A DNA stretch of 59,943 bases, filler included. It is 4 parts of 4 records of this genome, joined end to end, with 100 filler letters (N's around TTAATTAATTAA, not from the genome) between each part and the next. Parts side by side here need not be neighbours in the genome. Positions count along the whole stretch, not along the records: positions 35,421 to 52,737 come from DRR723986_5006; positions 52,838 to 59,943 come from DRR723986_5023; 2 more parts are not named here. The stretch is one strand, 5' to 3'. Shown in pieces: positions 47,833-57,204 of the stretch. Under the pieces are notes generated by a model that had not been told where the DNA came from, ran no database searches, and worked only from the letters and a program-made list of their open reading frames with translations. How positions within the stretch are numbered: the first letter of the stretch is position 1; each line of letters opens with the position of its first letter. Both the position numbers and the translations under genes were made by a program.

Positions 47833-49092
47833 TCAGAACGGCATGAATTCCAACAAATCACCGGTGGCTGTGCTGTCGATGTCTCCGGGAATCAAAACCA
47901 AACCATCGGCGTGTGCCATTGGACCCAAATGTCCGGAGTGTGTCGTTGATGGGCATTCCACAACTTCGAGACCCGACTGGTCCATTCCGCAGAGCCGGGC
48001 AGGGCGGTATTCGCATCGGCCGGGTTTGTGCCGCAACGCCGTTTGCGCGCGGACCAAACGTCTGGGAGGCACGGCCTCTGTTAGCCCGCATAGTTTGTTC
48101 AGCATCGGTTTGCCGAACACCTGCCACGTTACATAGGCCGAAAGCGGGTTGCCGGGCAGGCTGACGACCGGCACTTGACCGAGACGGGATAGGGTGATGG
48201 GTTTTCCGGGCTTGATGGCGACGCCACTGACAGAGGTTTCAGCCCCGAGCAGGTTCAGGGCCGGTTTCACGTGGTCCCGATCCCCAACCGAAACACCGCC
48301 GGAGGTGATGACCAAATCCACTTGCTTTGCGGCGGATTTCAAGGCGTTGACCATGGCGTCAAAGCTGTCGGGCACGTGATAAACAAATGCGATGTCGGCC
48401 ACGTCGCTGAGGGCCGCCGTGAGGAGGGGCGTGTTGACGTCCCATATCGCGCCGCCTGTGGCCTCTGCTCCCGGTGCGATCAGCTCGTCGCCTGTCATCA
48501 GCAGCGCGATTTTGGGTTTGCGAACGACTGAAACGCTGCCGTGTCCAGCACCGGCGCAGATCGCCAGATGACGTGCGTTCAGGCGTTGCCCGGCTGTCAT
48601 GACGGTGGTGCCCGTGCACTGGTCTTCGCCCTGTCGGCGAATGTTGCCGCCGATTTGAGGGAGTTTTTCAAAGGTTACAGTGTCACCCGTGCGCGTGGTC
48701 CATTCCTGCATCACAACAGTATCGGCCCCGGCGGGCACGGGGGCACCGGTAAAGATGCGCATAGCTGTTCCAGCGGGAAGGGGCTGCGGCGTGTCGTTGG
48801 CGGCGCTGGTGCCGCAGATCGGGAGCGTTTTGGTCTCATCCAGATCGGCCAGCCGCAACGCATACCCATCCATCCCCGAATTGTCGAAACGTGGAAGATC
48901 GGCACGCGCTTTGACTGGTTCGGCCAAAACCCGGCCGTTTGCTTGGTGCAGGGGCAAATCTTCGGTCGCAGTCAACGGATCAACCAAGGACAATCCGCGA
49001 TTGAGGGCGGTGTCGACCGGCATAAGCGCTGCCGCAAGATCGCTGGTATCACAGCCGCATCCGGGGGTATCTATTCGGTCGAACAAAGTCAT
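47833..49092 (-). CDS. moeA: Molybdopterin molybdotransferase
   Basis: GRVLAE, P.FDNSGMDGYA, IFTGAPVP.GADTVVMQE, TGDEL, SGGVSVG, KPGKP, LPGNP. Confidence 0.95.
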   Translation of the reverse strand: MTLFDRIDTPGCGCDTSDLAAALMPVDTALNRGLSLVDPLTATEDLPLHQANGRVLAEPVKARADLPRFDNSGMDGYALRLADLDETKTLPICGTSAANDTPQPLPAGTAMRIFTGAPVPAGADTVVMQEWTTRTGDTVTFEKLPQIGGNIRRQGEDQCTGTTVMTAGQRLNARHLAICAGAGHGSVSVVRKPKIALLMTGDELIAPGAEATGGAIWDVNTPLLTAALSDVADIAFVYHVPDSFDAMVNALKSAAKQVDLVITSGGVSVGDRDHVKPALNLLGAETSVSGVAIKPGKPITLSRLGQVPVVSLPGNPLSAYVTWQVFGKPMLNKLCGLTEAVPPRRLVRAQTALRHKPGRCEYRPARLCGMDQSGLEVVECPSTTHSGHLGPMAHADGLVLIPGDIDSTATGDLLEFMPF

Positions 49093-49706
49093 GATGTTAC
49101 CTCTTGGTGCAAGTGTCCGCGGCTGATGGTGCAGTTGAGGTCATGCAGCAGCCCATCGCGCAGGCCATAGATTACCCCGTGCACTGCGATTTCGCTGCCA
49201 TTGGCCCATGCGCGTTGCAGGATGGGTGTTTCCGCGACGCGCATGACCCCTTCGATCACATTCAACTCAGCAAGCTTATCGCGTCGGGCTTCGTGATTGG
49301 GCGATTGGGCCAGATCGACTGAATACTGCCGGGCCAGCCGGCGAATGGGTTCCAGCCAATGATCGGCCAAGCCATGTGGCAGGTCCTCGGTTGCGGCTTT
49401 GACCCCGCCACAGCCGTAGTGACCACAGACGATGATTTCCCGCACGTTGAGGGCATCGACTGCGAATTCCAGTGCGCTGAGCAGGTTCATGTCTGAGGAA
49501 TGCACAACGTTCGCCACGTTGCGATGCACAAACACTTCGCCGGGGGCCAGACCTGCCACCACATTTGCTGGCACTCGACTGTCTGAACAGCCGATCCAGA
49601 AATATTCGGGCGCTTGTTGCGCGGCGAGTCCGGTAAAGTAGTCCGGGTCGCCAGCGGTCCGGTCCGCGGACCAGTCCCGATTGCGTGTCAGCAGGTCTGT
49701 CAGCAT
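49089..49706 (-). CDS. Beta-class carbonic anhydrase
   Basis: WIGCSDSRVP, GEVFVHRNVAN, VCGHYGCGG Zn ligands; AAGGAG RBS. Confidence 0.95.
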   Translation of the reverse strand: MLTDLLTRNRDWSADRTAGDPDYFTGLAAQQAPEYFWIGCSDSRVPANVVAGLAPGEVFVHRNVANVVHSSDMNLLSALEFAVDALNVREIIVCGHYGCGGVKAATEDLPHGLADHWLEPIRRLARQYSVDLAQSPNHEARRDKLAELNVIEGVMRVAETPILQRAWANGSEIAVHGVIYGLRDGLLHDLNCTISRGHLHQEVTS

Positions 49707-49717
49707 GGCTGGCTCCT

Positions 49718-50494
49718 TTAAAAAGGTTGGCTCAGGTCGATCCCCTGAATGTCGGCTGCATCCAACAGGCCCGCGACATAGGCCTGTGCGGCATGGGTCC
49801 AAGCTGATTTCTCTGCAGCATCCCGAAGCCGGGGCTGGACGGATTCAAAGGGGAGGATATCGCCATCCGCGCGCGCATCCATGCGCAGGATATGGAAGCC
49901 GTAGCGTGTTTTCACCAGTTCGGGGTGGATTTGCCCTTCTTCGGCAATCCGCATCACAGCCTCGAATTCGGGAACCGTATCGCCGCTGCTCAGCTGACCG
50001 AGTTGACCGCCGGCCTCTTTAGAGCCGCAATCGCTTTCGCGTGAGGCAAGCGCGGCAAAATCCCGAGGGGATTTTAGCAGGGTCTTCAGCGCGACCTCAG
50101 CCCGGATCTGCGCGTCTTCACCTGAAAACAGGATGTGCGAGGGTTGGTAGAGCGTGGGGGCGCGAAAGTTCCCGGGGTCACGATCATAGATGGCCCGGAG
50201 CGTTTCAGTCTCGACCGCATCAGGTGTTAGGGCATGATCCAAGACGGCGCGAATTTGCGCTTCTTCCTCGGTTTCAAATTTACCCGGGGCGATTTCGGTT
50301 GGAGTGGCCTTAACGGCCAGCTCCTGTGCTTGTGCCAGCAGCAAGTGCCGGATGATCAGCGCTCGCGCGGCTTTGCGCCAAGCCAGGCCGGGTTTGCCTT
50401 TGGGCGCTTGCTGGTTCTGGGCTTCTGCCGCGATATCCGCGGCAGAAATTGTGGACCCATTGACCAAGATTGGGGGGAACAGAGGTGCGTTCAT
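49718..50494 (-). CDS. PpiC/parvulin-type peptidyl-prolyl isomerase (nar-associated, NifM-like)
   Basis: SHILF, FAALA...SDC.SK..GGQLG, TVPEFE, TRYGFHI. Confidence 0.9.
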   Translation of the reverse strand: MNAPLFPPILVNGSTISAADIAAEAQNQQAPKGKPGLAWRKAARALIIRHLLLAQAQELAVKATPTEIAPGKFETEEEAQIRAVLDHALTPDAVETETLRAIYDRDPGNFRAPTLYQPSHILFSGEDAQIRAEVALKTLLKSPRDFAALASRESDCGSKEAGGQLGQLSSGDTVPEFEAVMRIAEEGQIHPELVKTRYGFHILRMDARADGDILPFESVQPRLRDAAEKSAWTHAAQAYVAGLLDAADIQGIDLSQPF

Positions 50495-50500
50495 TTGCTC

Positions 50501-51193
50501 TTACTCCGCCGGAGGGGGGGTGCGACGTGACCGAACCACCTGATATCCGGGACGTGCCAGATAGCGAACGGGTGCGGACAACATGTGGACCAACCGGGTA
50601 AAGGGGAACAGGATGAAAATGGTCAACCCCAAGAACAGGTGCAGCTTAAAGATCGGGGACACATCCGCAATGTAGCTTGCGGCTTGGCTGTCAAAGGTAA
50701 AGATCCCCTGCGCCCATGCCATGAACTTGGTCATCTCGTGGCCGTCCAAGTGCCCCAGCGACACAAAGATGGTGAGGATGCCGAGCACCAATTGCAGCAA
50801 CAGCAGCGCCAGAATGCCGATGTCAGCAAAGCTGGAGGTGCGGCGGATACGCGGGTCGGTCCAGCGGCGGTGAAACAGCATACCGCCCCCCACCAGTGCC
50901 ATGATGCCAGCAACACCACCAGCAAGAACGGCCAGCAACTGTTTGGCGCCGTGGCTGATGCCAAGGGCGTCAAAGATCCAGATGGGTGTCAGCAGACCGA
51001 TCAGGTGACCAAAGAAAATCACCAGAACGCCGATGTGGAACAACACTGAGCCCATGATCAGCTGCTTACGGCGCAGCATCTGGGATGAACTGGATTTCCA
51101 AGTAAACGGCTCGGTTTCATACCGTGCGATTGATCCCACGAATAGCACTGTCAGTGCGATGTAGGGGTAAGTTCCAAAGAAAAAATCGTGCAT
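50501..51193 (-). CDS. narI: Respiratory nitrate reductase gamma subunit
   Basis: YPYIAL, W.S.SSQ.L, LFH.G...FFGH..GLLTP, HLFLG...FPFTRLVH. Confidence 0.97.
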   Translation of the reverse strand: MHDFFFGTYPYIALTVLFVGSIARYETEPFTWKSSSSQMLRRKQLIMGSVLFHIGVLVIFFGHLIGLLTPIWIFDALGISHGAKQLLAVLAGGVAGIMALVGGGMLFHRRWTDPRIRRTSSFADIGILALLLLQLVLGILTIFVSLGHLDGHEMTKFMAWAQGIFTFDSQAASYIADVSPIFKLHLFLGLTIFILFPFTRLVHMLSAPVRYLARPGYQVVRSRRTPPPAE

Positions 51194-51204
51194 CTGAGCC
51201 TCCG

Positions 51205-51930
51205 TTACTCAGCCGCTTGGGCAGATGCGCCCACGGCTGGATTGGGTGCGGGGTTCACAGGAGTGTCCATGTTGGCCAGCATATCGCGGACCTGAGGACA
51301 GCCGCCGTTGGGGTCTGGGCCGAAGGTGACTTCGGATTCTTCCCAAACAGCGTCGAGCGCATCTAGATCGGTTGGATCGTCTTCGGGCTGCTCGAGCAGC
51401 TCGGCGACGGCCGCTTTGTCAACCTTGGCATCCGCGATCTGCAAAAGAGCGGCGAACACGGCACCATATCCACTTTCGCGACGGGCAAGCCGTTCGCTCA
51501 GTGTGTCTAAGATATGAGCCGCGTCCGCCAAGGTATCCTGAACTTCCGCAAAGGGACGCGTCGCCAGGAATTCGAGCAGAACGGGAAGGTGATCAGGCAG
51601 TTCCGATGTGACCGGGTCAAACCCGGCCTCACGGTACATTTCCACCAGGCTGACCATCGCGCCACCCCGGTCCCGGCTTTCACCGTGGACATGCTCAAAC
51701 AAGTTGAGCGAGAGGGTGCGCGAGCGGTCAAAGAGACCCACATAGGACTCTTGCAGATCATAGATGTCGTCCGTGGCCAGCTGATCCAACAGCTGGCTGA
51801 GGGTGCGACGGCAAACGGTGGTCATGCGGGTATCCGACATCAACACACCGCTGATTTCGGGCATGGCCGCCTGCAGCTCAGTCGAGGGATAGCTGAGCAA
51901 CAGCGAGAGTGCTTTAAGAGAGCGATCCAT
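51205..51930 (-). CDS. narJ: Nitrate reductase molybdenum cofactor assembly chaperone
   Basis: LLSYP, YV.LFDRSR..SL.LFEHVHGESRDRG, ELPDHLP..LEF. Confidence 0.96.
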   Translation of the reverse strand: MDRSLKALSLLLSYPSTELQAAMPEISGVLMSDTRMTTVCRRTLSQLLDQLATDDIYDLQESYVGLFDRSRTLSLNLFEHVHGESRDRGGAMVSLVEMYREAGFDPVTSELPDHLPVLLEFLATRPFAEVQDTLADAAHILDTLSERLARRESGYGAVFAALLQIADAKVDKAAVAELLEQPEDDPTDLDALDAVWEESEVTFGPDPNGGCPQVRDMLANMDTPVNPAPNPAVGASAQAAE

Positions 51931-52736
51931 TACATTGCCTCCGGCATTTTGAGGGCTTTCTTCTTGCCGCCAAACAGCGAGCCTTTGGAAATCCCTGGTG
52001 AACAGCCGTTGGTGTCGGTGAACCCGCATTCGCCACGCAGCTCATAGGCATCTTCGACCTGTTCGCGGTGGGTGGTGGGGATCACGAAGCGATCCTCGTA
52101 ATCGGCCAAGGCCATGATCTTGTACATGTCTTCGATCATTGCGCTGTCCAGACCGACGCGCTGGGCGATGCCCTCGTCGATCACACCATCTACAGTTTTG
52201 GACCGCATATAGGCGCGCATGGCCAGCATTCGTTCCAACGCGTGGGCCACAGGGGCTTCATCCCCGGCGGTCAGCATGTTGGCCAGATACTTAACCGGGA
52301 TCCGCAAGGAGCGGACATCGGGCATTTCGCCGTCGTGACCGATCTTGCCAGCCTCGGCTGCGTTCTGGATCGGGCTGAGTGGCGGAATGTACCACACCAT
52401 AGGCAGGGTCCGGTATTCGGGGTGCAGTGGGAAGGCCACTTTCCAATCCATGGCCATTTTCCAGACTGGGCTTTCCTGTGCGCCTTTGATCCAATCCTCG
52501 GGCACGCCATCGGCGCGGGCCGCTGCGATCACTTCGGGATCGTTGGGATCAAGGAAAACACCCAGCTGGGCATCATACAGGTCCTGTTCGTCTGGCGCAT
52601 TGGCCGCCTCTTCGATCTTGTCCGCATCATAGAGCATGACGCCTAGATACCGGATCCGACCTACACAGGTTTCGGAACAGACGGTTGGGTTGCCGGATTC
52701 AATACGAGGATAGCACAGGGTGCATTTCTCGGATTT
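51930..52736 (-). CDS. narH: Respiratory nitrate reductase beta subunit, 5'-truncated
   Basis: KSEKCTLCYPRIE.G.PTVCSETCVGRIRYLG, PLHPEYRTLPMVWY, EDRFVIP. Confidence 0.97.
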   Translation of the reverse strand, partial: KSEKCTLCYPRIESGNPTVCSETCVGRIRYLGVMLYDADKIEEAANAPDEQDLYDAQLGVFLDPNDPEVIAAARADGVPEDWIKGAQESPVWKMAMDWKVAFPLHPEYRTLPMVWYIPPLSPIQNAAEAGKIGHDGEMPDVRSLRIPVKYLANMLTAGDEAPVAHALERMLAMRAYMRSKTVDGVIDEGIAQRVGLDSAMIEDMYKIMALADYEDRFVIPTTHREQVEDAYELRGECGFTDTNGCSPGISKGSLFGGKKKALKMPEAM

Positions 52737-52737
52737 G

Positions 52738-52837
52738 NNNNNNNNNNNNNNNNNNNNNNNNNNNNNNNNNNNNNNNNNNNNTTAATTAATTAANNNNNNN
52801 NNNNNNNNNNNNNNNNNNNNNNNNNNNNNNNNNNNNN
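52738..52837. other. Artificial contig linker
   Basis: N44-TTAATTAATTAA-N44. Confidence 0.98.
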
Positions 52838-53024
52838 GTCGAGTCCTCTTCTGATTAAAATTTTTTATAAGAATGACGATATCGGGAGGCTCCGACTCAT
52901 CAGCTTGGGCAATGTTAGAGAAACGAGAGTCCCCCGACAATGCTCTAAAAGGACAACTATTGCCGAAAACGCCCGTCATACCCCCTTTCCTTCTAAAAAT
53001 GTTCAAAAAGGGACAGGTCGTGCG

Positions 53025-53486
53025 CTAGGCGGGGCGTAATTCTGTAATTATGCCCCACTCGGTCGCTGTGACAGGCTGGATGGACAGTCGGCCCTGGTTC
53101 AGCAGGACCATTTCCCGGAGACCTGGTAGCTCGCGCAGGTCGGCCAGCGGCAGTAGTTGCTGGAATTTCCGCTCGAAGGCGATATCCACGCAGTACCAGC
53201 GCGGCGCAGCGCTATCCGCCTTCGGGTCGAAGTACGCGCTGTCTGGATTGAACTGGGCCGGATCGGGGTAGCCCTCCCGCACCACGCGAGCGATGCCGGC
53301 CACGCCGACCTGGCGACAGCTGCTGTGATAGAACAACACGCCATCGCCCACCGTGACCCGGTCGCGCAGGAAGTTGCGGGCCTGGTAGTTGCGGATACCG
53401 TCCCAGCGCCCCCAGCCCAGAGGCTCTGCCGCCAGGTCGTCGATGCTGTACTCGTCGGGTTCGCTTTTGAATAGCCAGTAGGCCAT
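53025..53486 (-). CDS. EVE domain (PUA-like) protein
   Basis: YWLFKSEP..YSIDDL, WDGIRNYQARN, FYHS, RLSIQPV. Confidence 0.95.
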   Translation of the reverse strand: MAYWLFKSEPDEYSIDDLAAEPLGWGRWDGIRNYQARNFLRDRVTVGDGVLFYHSSCRQVGVAGIARVVREGYPDPAQFNPDSAYFDPKADSAAPRWYCVDIAFERKFQQLLPLADLRELPGLREMVLLNQGRLSIQPVTATEWGIITELRPA

Positions 53487-53599
53487 GCCGCCGGGCTCCT
53501 GTGCGATATCTGGCTCATTGAGAGAGCCGGTTTCCGGCCGTGCCGCGCTCGCCTTCCGCTGCTAAGATTACAGCCACCGCCAGCCGCGACCAAGTTGCC

Positions 53600-54922
53600 A
53601 TGCCAGACGTATTGCCAGATTCCGAAGTTCTCGCTGAACAAACCGCTGAAACCGTCGAGGAGATCGGTGCGCTGGTCAGTTTCTTCAACCAGCTTGATGC
53701 CGACGACCCGCTGATTCGGCTGGTCACTGCGGGCGCGGTCATCGCCGTGTCGCTGCTTGCCCTGCTGCTGACCCGGCTGTTGATCCAGCGCCGCCTGAAG
53801 CGCCTTGAGGAACTTCCCGATACCCGGTTCAGGCCGCTGCGCCTGCAGGCCCAGGATCTGGTCTCTTCAGCGGACATGAAAAAAATGTGGTGCACCGTCT
53901 GGCGCGGCACGAGCTGGGCGCTGTCCCTGTTCTTCATGGTGATCGCACTGATCGGGGTGCTGATGACCTCCCAGTGGACGCTCACCCTGGCCGCGCGGTT
54001 GATCGTTATGGTCAGCAGCGCCGTCCGTTACGTGTGGGGCGGCTTTATCGGTTACCTGCCGAACCTGCTGACCATCGTGGTCATCATCCTGGTCATGCGG
54101 TTTGTGATTCACATGATCGGGCTGATCTTCGAGGGCGTCAGGACCCGGCGCATTCACCTTAAGAATTTTTACCCGGAATGGGCAGAGACCAGCTTCAGCC
54201 TGATCAAGCTCATGGTTTACGCGCTCACCGCGGTGATTGTCTTTCCCTACCTGCCCGGCTCGAGCTCGCCGGCGTTCCAGGGTATTTCGATTTTTGTCGG
54301 TGTGCTGGTGTCACTGGGCTCGACCACGGCGGTGGCCAACGTGGTGGCGGGCGTCGTCCTCACTTACACCCGAGCCCTGCATGTGGGAGACCAGGTGGAG
54401 GTGGCGGAGGTACGCGGACGGGTGGTTGAACGCAGTACCTTTGTGACCCGTATCCAGACCTTGAAAAACGTGATTGTGTCGATTCCCAACTCCATGGTGC
54501 TCAACAACAACGTCATCAACTACAGCAAGAACATGGGCCAGACCGGGCTGTTGGTGCATACCACCATCACCATTGGTTACGACGTACCCTGGCAGCGGGT
54601 AAACGAACTGCTGGTCAGCGCGGCGCGCAAGACCGAGGGCATCAGCTCGCACCCTGAGCCGTTTGTCCTGCAGACCTCGCTGGATGACAACTATGTGAGC
54701 TACGAACTCAACGGCTGGACGCGCAAGCCGGAGGACCTGCCGAAAACCTACTCGGCCCTGCACGCGAACATTCTCGATGAGTTTCACGGAGAGAACGTCG
54801 AAATCACCTCACCGGCCTACCGCGCGGTGCGCGACGGTAATGCGTCCACGGTGGCGACGGTGCTGCCCCGCGAGGAGGCAGCGGCAGAGCAAGACAGTGG
54901 GGACAAATCAGCGCCGGCCTAG
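53600..54922 (+). CDS. MscS-family mechanosensitive channel
   Basis: Several TMs; AN.VAG, VGD.V, IPNS, TIGYDVPW, EITSP; start uncertain. Confidence 0.92.
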   Translation: MPDVLPDSEVLAEQTAETVEEIGALVSFFNQLDADDPLIRLVTAGAVIAVSLLALLLTRLLIQRRLKRLEELPDTRFRPLRLQAQDLVSSADMKKMWCTVWRGTSWALSLFFMVIALIGVLMTSQWTLTLAARLIVMVSSAVRYVWGGFIGYLPNLLTIVVIILVMRFVIHMIGLIFEGVRTRRIHLKNFYPEWAETSFSLIKLMVYALTAVIVFPYLPGSSSPAFQGISIFVGVLVSLGSTTAVANVVAGVVLTYTRALHVGDQVEVAEVRGRVVERSTFVTRIQTLKNVIVSIPNSMVLNNNVINYSKNMGQTGLLVHTTITIGYDVPWQRVNELLVSAARKTEGISSHPEPFVLQTSLDDNYVSYELNGWTRKPEDLPKTYSALHANILDEFHGENVEITSPAYRAVRDGNASTVATVLPREEAAAEQDSGDKSAPA

Positions 54923-54948
54923 GCTGTTCTCAGCCGGCCGCACCCGGC

Positions 54949-55614
54949 TCAGTGTTCGATCAGTTCCTTGCCCCGTAGCGCGGCGAACAGCGGCGTGTTT
55001 TCGCTGGCTGGATCGCCGCCGCGCAGCCGTTGGCGCAGCAGCTGCAGCACCAGGGCGGTTATCGATGCCAGGGGAAGTTCCTTCACCTTGTCCAGCGGCA
55101 CCCAGCGCAGGTCTTCCAGTTCGCCATTGCCCTTGAGCGTGCCTTGCATGTGCTCTGCATCAACCATAAAAAACCGGGCATCGAAGCGGCGCACCCGGTT
55201 GGTCGGGGTGATCGCCCGGGCAAAGTAGTCCAGCCGGTCGAGCGCCGGCACCACGCCGAGGTCGAAGAACGGCCGCCAGTGGGGTGAGCGGCTGCGTATG
55301 TGGGTCCCGTGCGGTACGCCCAGTACCAGCCCGGTTTCCTCGAAGGTTTCCCGCACCGCGGCCATGGCCAGCGCCCGGGCGCGGGCCGGGGTGATGGAAT
55401 CCGTCAGGCGGTCCATCACAACATTGCGCAGGGGTATCGGGCAGGGCACGCGCGCGTCGCCAGGGTCCACCCGGCCGCCGGGGAATACATAGCGATGCGG
55501 CATGAACACGTGGTTGGCGTTGCGAACCCCCAGCAGAACCTCCCGGTTATCTCTAAGGATAATCAGGGTGGCCGCGTCCCGGGGCCGCAGGTAGGGGTGT
55601 CGCTGTTCGCTCAT
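54949..55614 (-). CDS. NUDIX hydrolase (NUDT19-like)
   Basis: PRDAATLI, VFPGGRVD, AAVRETFEETG, AITP...RRFDARFF. Confidence 0.9.
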   Translation of the reverse strand: MSEQRHPYLRPRDAATLIILRDNREVLLGVRNANHVFMPHRYVFPGGRVDPGDARVPCPIPLRNVVMDRLTDSITPARARALAMAAVRETFEETGLVLGVPHGTHIRSRSPHWRPFFDLGVVPALDRLDYFARAITPTNRVRRFDARFFMVDAEHMQGTLKGNGELEDLRWVPLDKVKELPLASITALVLQLLRQRLRGGDPASENTPLFAALRGKELIEH

Positions 55615-55634
55615 CGCCCGTTTCGCCCGCCGTC

Positions 55635-57110
55635 TCAGTCCTGGCCCTGGGCAGCGTCGAAGCCCGGCGGCGGGGTGAAGGCGCGGTGATGGGTTTCCAG
55701 GAGCCGGGCGGCGGCCAGGCTGGTGCGGTCACCCAGGTAGCGGGATACCAGCTGCATCCCGATGGGTAGCCCATCCGGGGTCTGGCCGATCGGCACGGTA
55801 GTGGCCGGCAGGTGGGCGTTGAGGGTGAGGCCGGCCCAGCGCAGCAGCTCGGTGTAGGGGCGCTGCTCGCCGTTGACCGTCAGCGTACGGGCGTGCATAT
55901 CGGGCTCATGATCGTGGGGGAAGGCCGGCACGTGTACGCAGGGGCAGAGCAGGACATCGTAGTCCTGGAAGAAACGGTCCCACACGGCCCGGGTGCGCAA
56001 CCGGCGCTCGTTCTGGCTCAGCCAGCCCTGGTGCTCCAGCGCAATGCCGCGCATCTGCAGCAGTGGCTCACTCATGTCCCTGGGATCGGCCGCCGCGACC
56101 ATCTCCTTTGCCGCGCTGCGCACCGCCTCGGGCATATCGCCGCCCAGGGCTGCCATCAGCAGTTGAATATAGTTGTGGTGGTTGCGCTCCGGGTCAAGTT
56201 CCGGGCGCGCCCGGCGATCGACCCGGGCACCGAGCTGTTCAAGGCTGTCGGCCGCCGTCTCGATGGCATCGGCGATACTGCGCTCCACCGGGCAGAAGGG
56301 GTCGTCTGACCACACCGCAACCCGCAAGCCCTGGGGCGAGTCGAAGCTGGCCGGTGGCAGTGCAAGCTGCCAGCCGGCAGCCACCTCCGGCGCCGGCCCC
56401 AGCAGGATATCCAGCGCGCGTTCCAGGTCGTCGACACAGGTGCCGATGGGTCCGATCACGGACAGGTCGGCCTCTGACAGGACGGTCTCCCCGGGGGGCA
56501 GGTGGCCGCGCGCCGAGACGATGCCATAACTGCTCTTGTGGCCGAACACGCCGTTGAAGTGGCTCGGGGTACGGATCGACCCGCCGATATCGCTACCCAG
56601 TTCCAGTGGCGTGAAGCCGGCTGCCACTGCCGCTGCCGCGCCACCGGAAGATCCGCCAGGCGTGCGTTCGGTATTCCAGGGGTTGTTGGAGGTGCCGTAA
56701 ACGGCGTTGAAGCTCTGCAGGTCGGCGCTCATGAAGGGCACGTTGGTTTTGCCGAAAACGATAGCGCCGGCATCGATATAACGCTGGACCGCGACGGCGT
56801 TGTTGCGGGGAACGTGGTCGCGGCAGTCGGGGATGCCGCCAACCGTAACCAGCCCTTCCGTGCAGAAGGCGTCCTTGATGGTCAGGGGGACGCCGTGCAG
56901 TGGCCCCCAGGATTCCCCGCGAGCCGCGGCTTCGTCCGCGGCCTTGGCCCGCTCACGGGCGCGCTCGCTGTCCAGCGCGACAACGGCGTTGAGCGCCGGG
57001 TTCAGTGCCGCAATGCGGTCGAGGAAAAAATCCAGGGTCGCCAGAGAGCTGGTCTGGCCGCTGCGGATGTCGTCGGCGAGGGCGAAGGCACTGCGATAGA
57101 GGGGTGACAC
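55635..57110 (-). CDS. Amidase-signature family amidase
   Basis: GPLHGVPLTIKD, GKTNVP, TPGGSSGG, GSDIGGSIR catalytic triad motifs. Confidence 0.94.
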   Translation of the reverse strand: MSPLYRSAFALADDIRSGQTSSLATLDFFLDRIAALNPALNAVVALDSERARERAKAADEAAARGESWGPLHGVPLTIKDAFCTEGLVTVGGIPDCRDHVPRNNAVAVQRYIDAGAIVFGKTNVPFMSADLQSFNAVYGTSNNPWNTERTPGGSSGGAAAAVAAGFTPLELGSDIGGSIRTPSHFNGVFGHKSSYGIVSARGHLPPGETVLSEADLSVIGPIGTCVDDLERALDILLGPAPEVAAGWQLALPPASFDSPQGLRVAVWSDDPFCPVERSIADAIETAADSLEQLGARVDRRARPELDPERNHHNYIQLLMAALGGDMPEAVRSAAKEMVAAADPRDMSEPLLQMRGIALEHQGWLSQNERRLRTRAVWDRFFQDYDVLLCPCVHVPAFPHDHEPDMHARTLTVNGEQRPYTELLRWAGLTLNAHLPATTVPIGQTPDGLPIGMQLVSRYLGDRTSLAAARLLETHHRAFTPPPGFDAAQGQD

Positions 57111-57204
57111 GGCAGAAGGCTCCTGGGATGCATCGTTGATGGCAGAGCCCGGATCATACTGGCATGCGCCGGAGAATTCGAATCGCGGCAGCGCCGCGGG
57201 CCGG

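Noticed and set aside
52875-52910. Hammerhead ribozyme (minus-strand CTGATGAG followed by a TCGG/CCGA stem)
   Set aside because: The required GAAA after stem II is absent (TATC follows) and stems I and III are not evident
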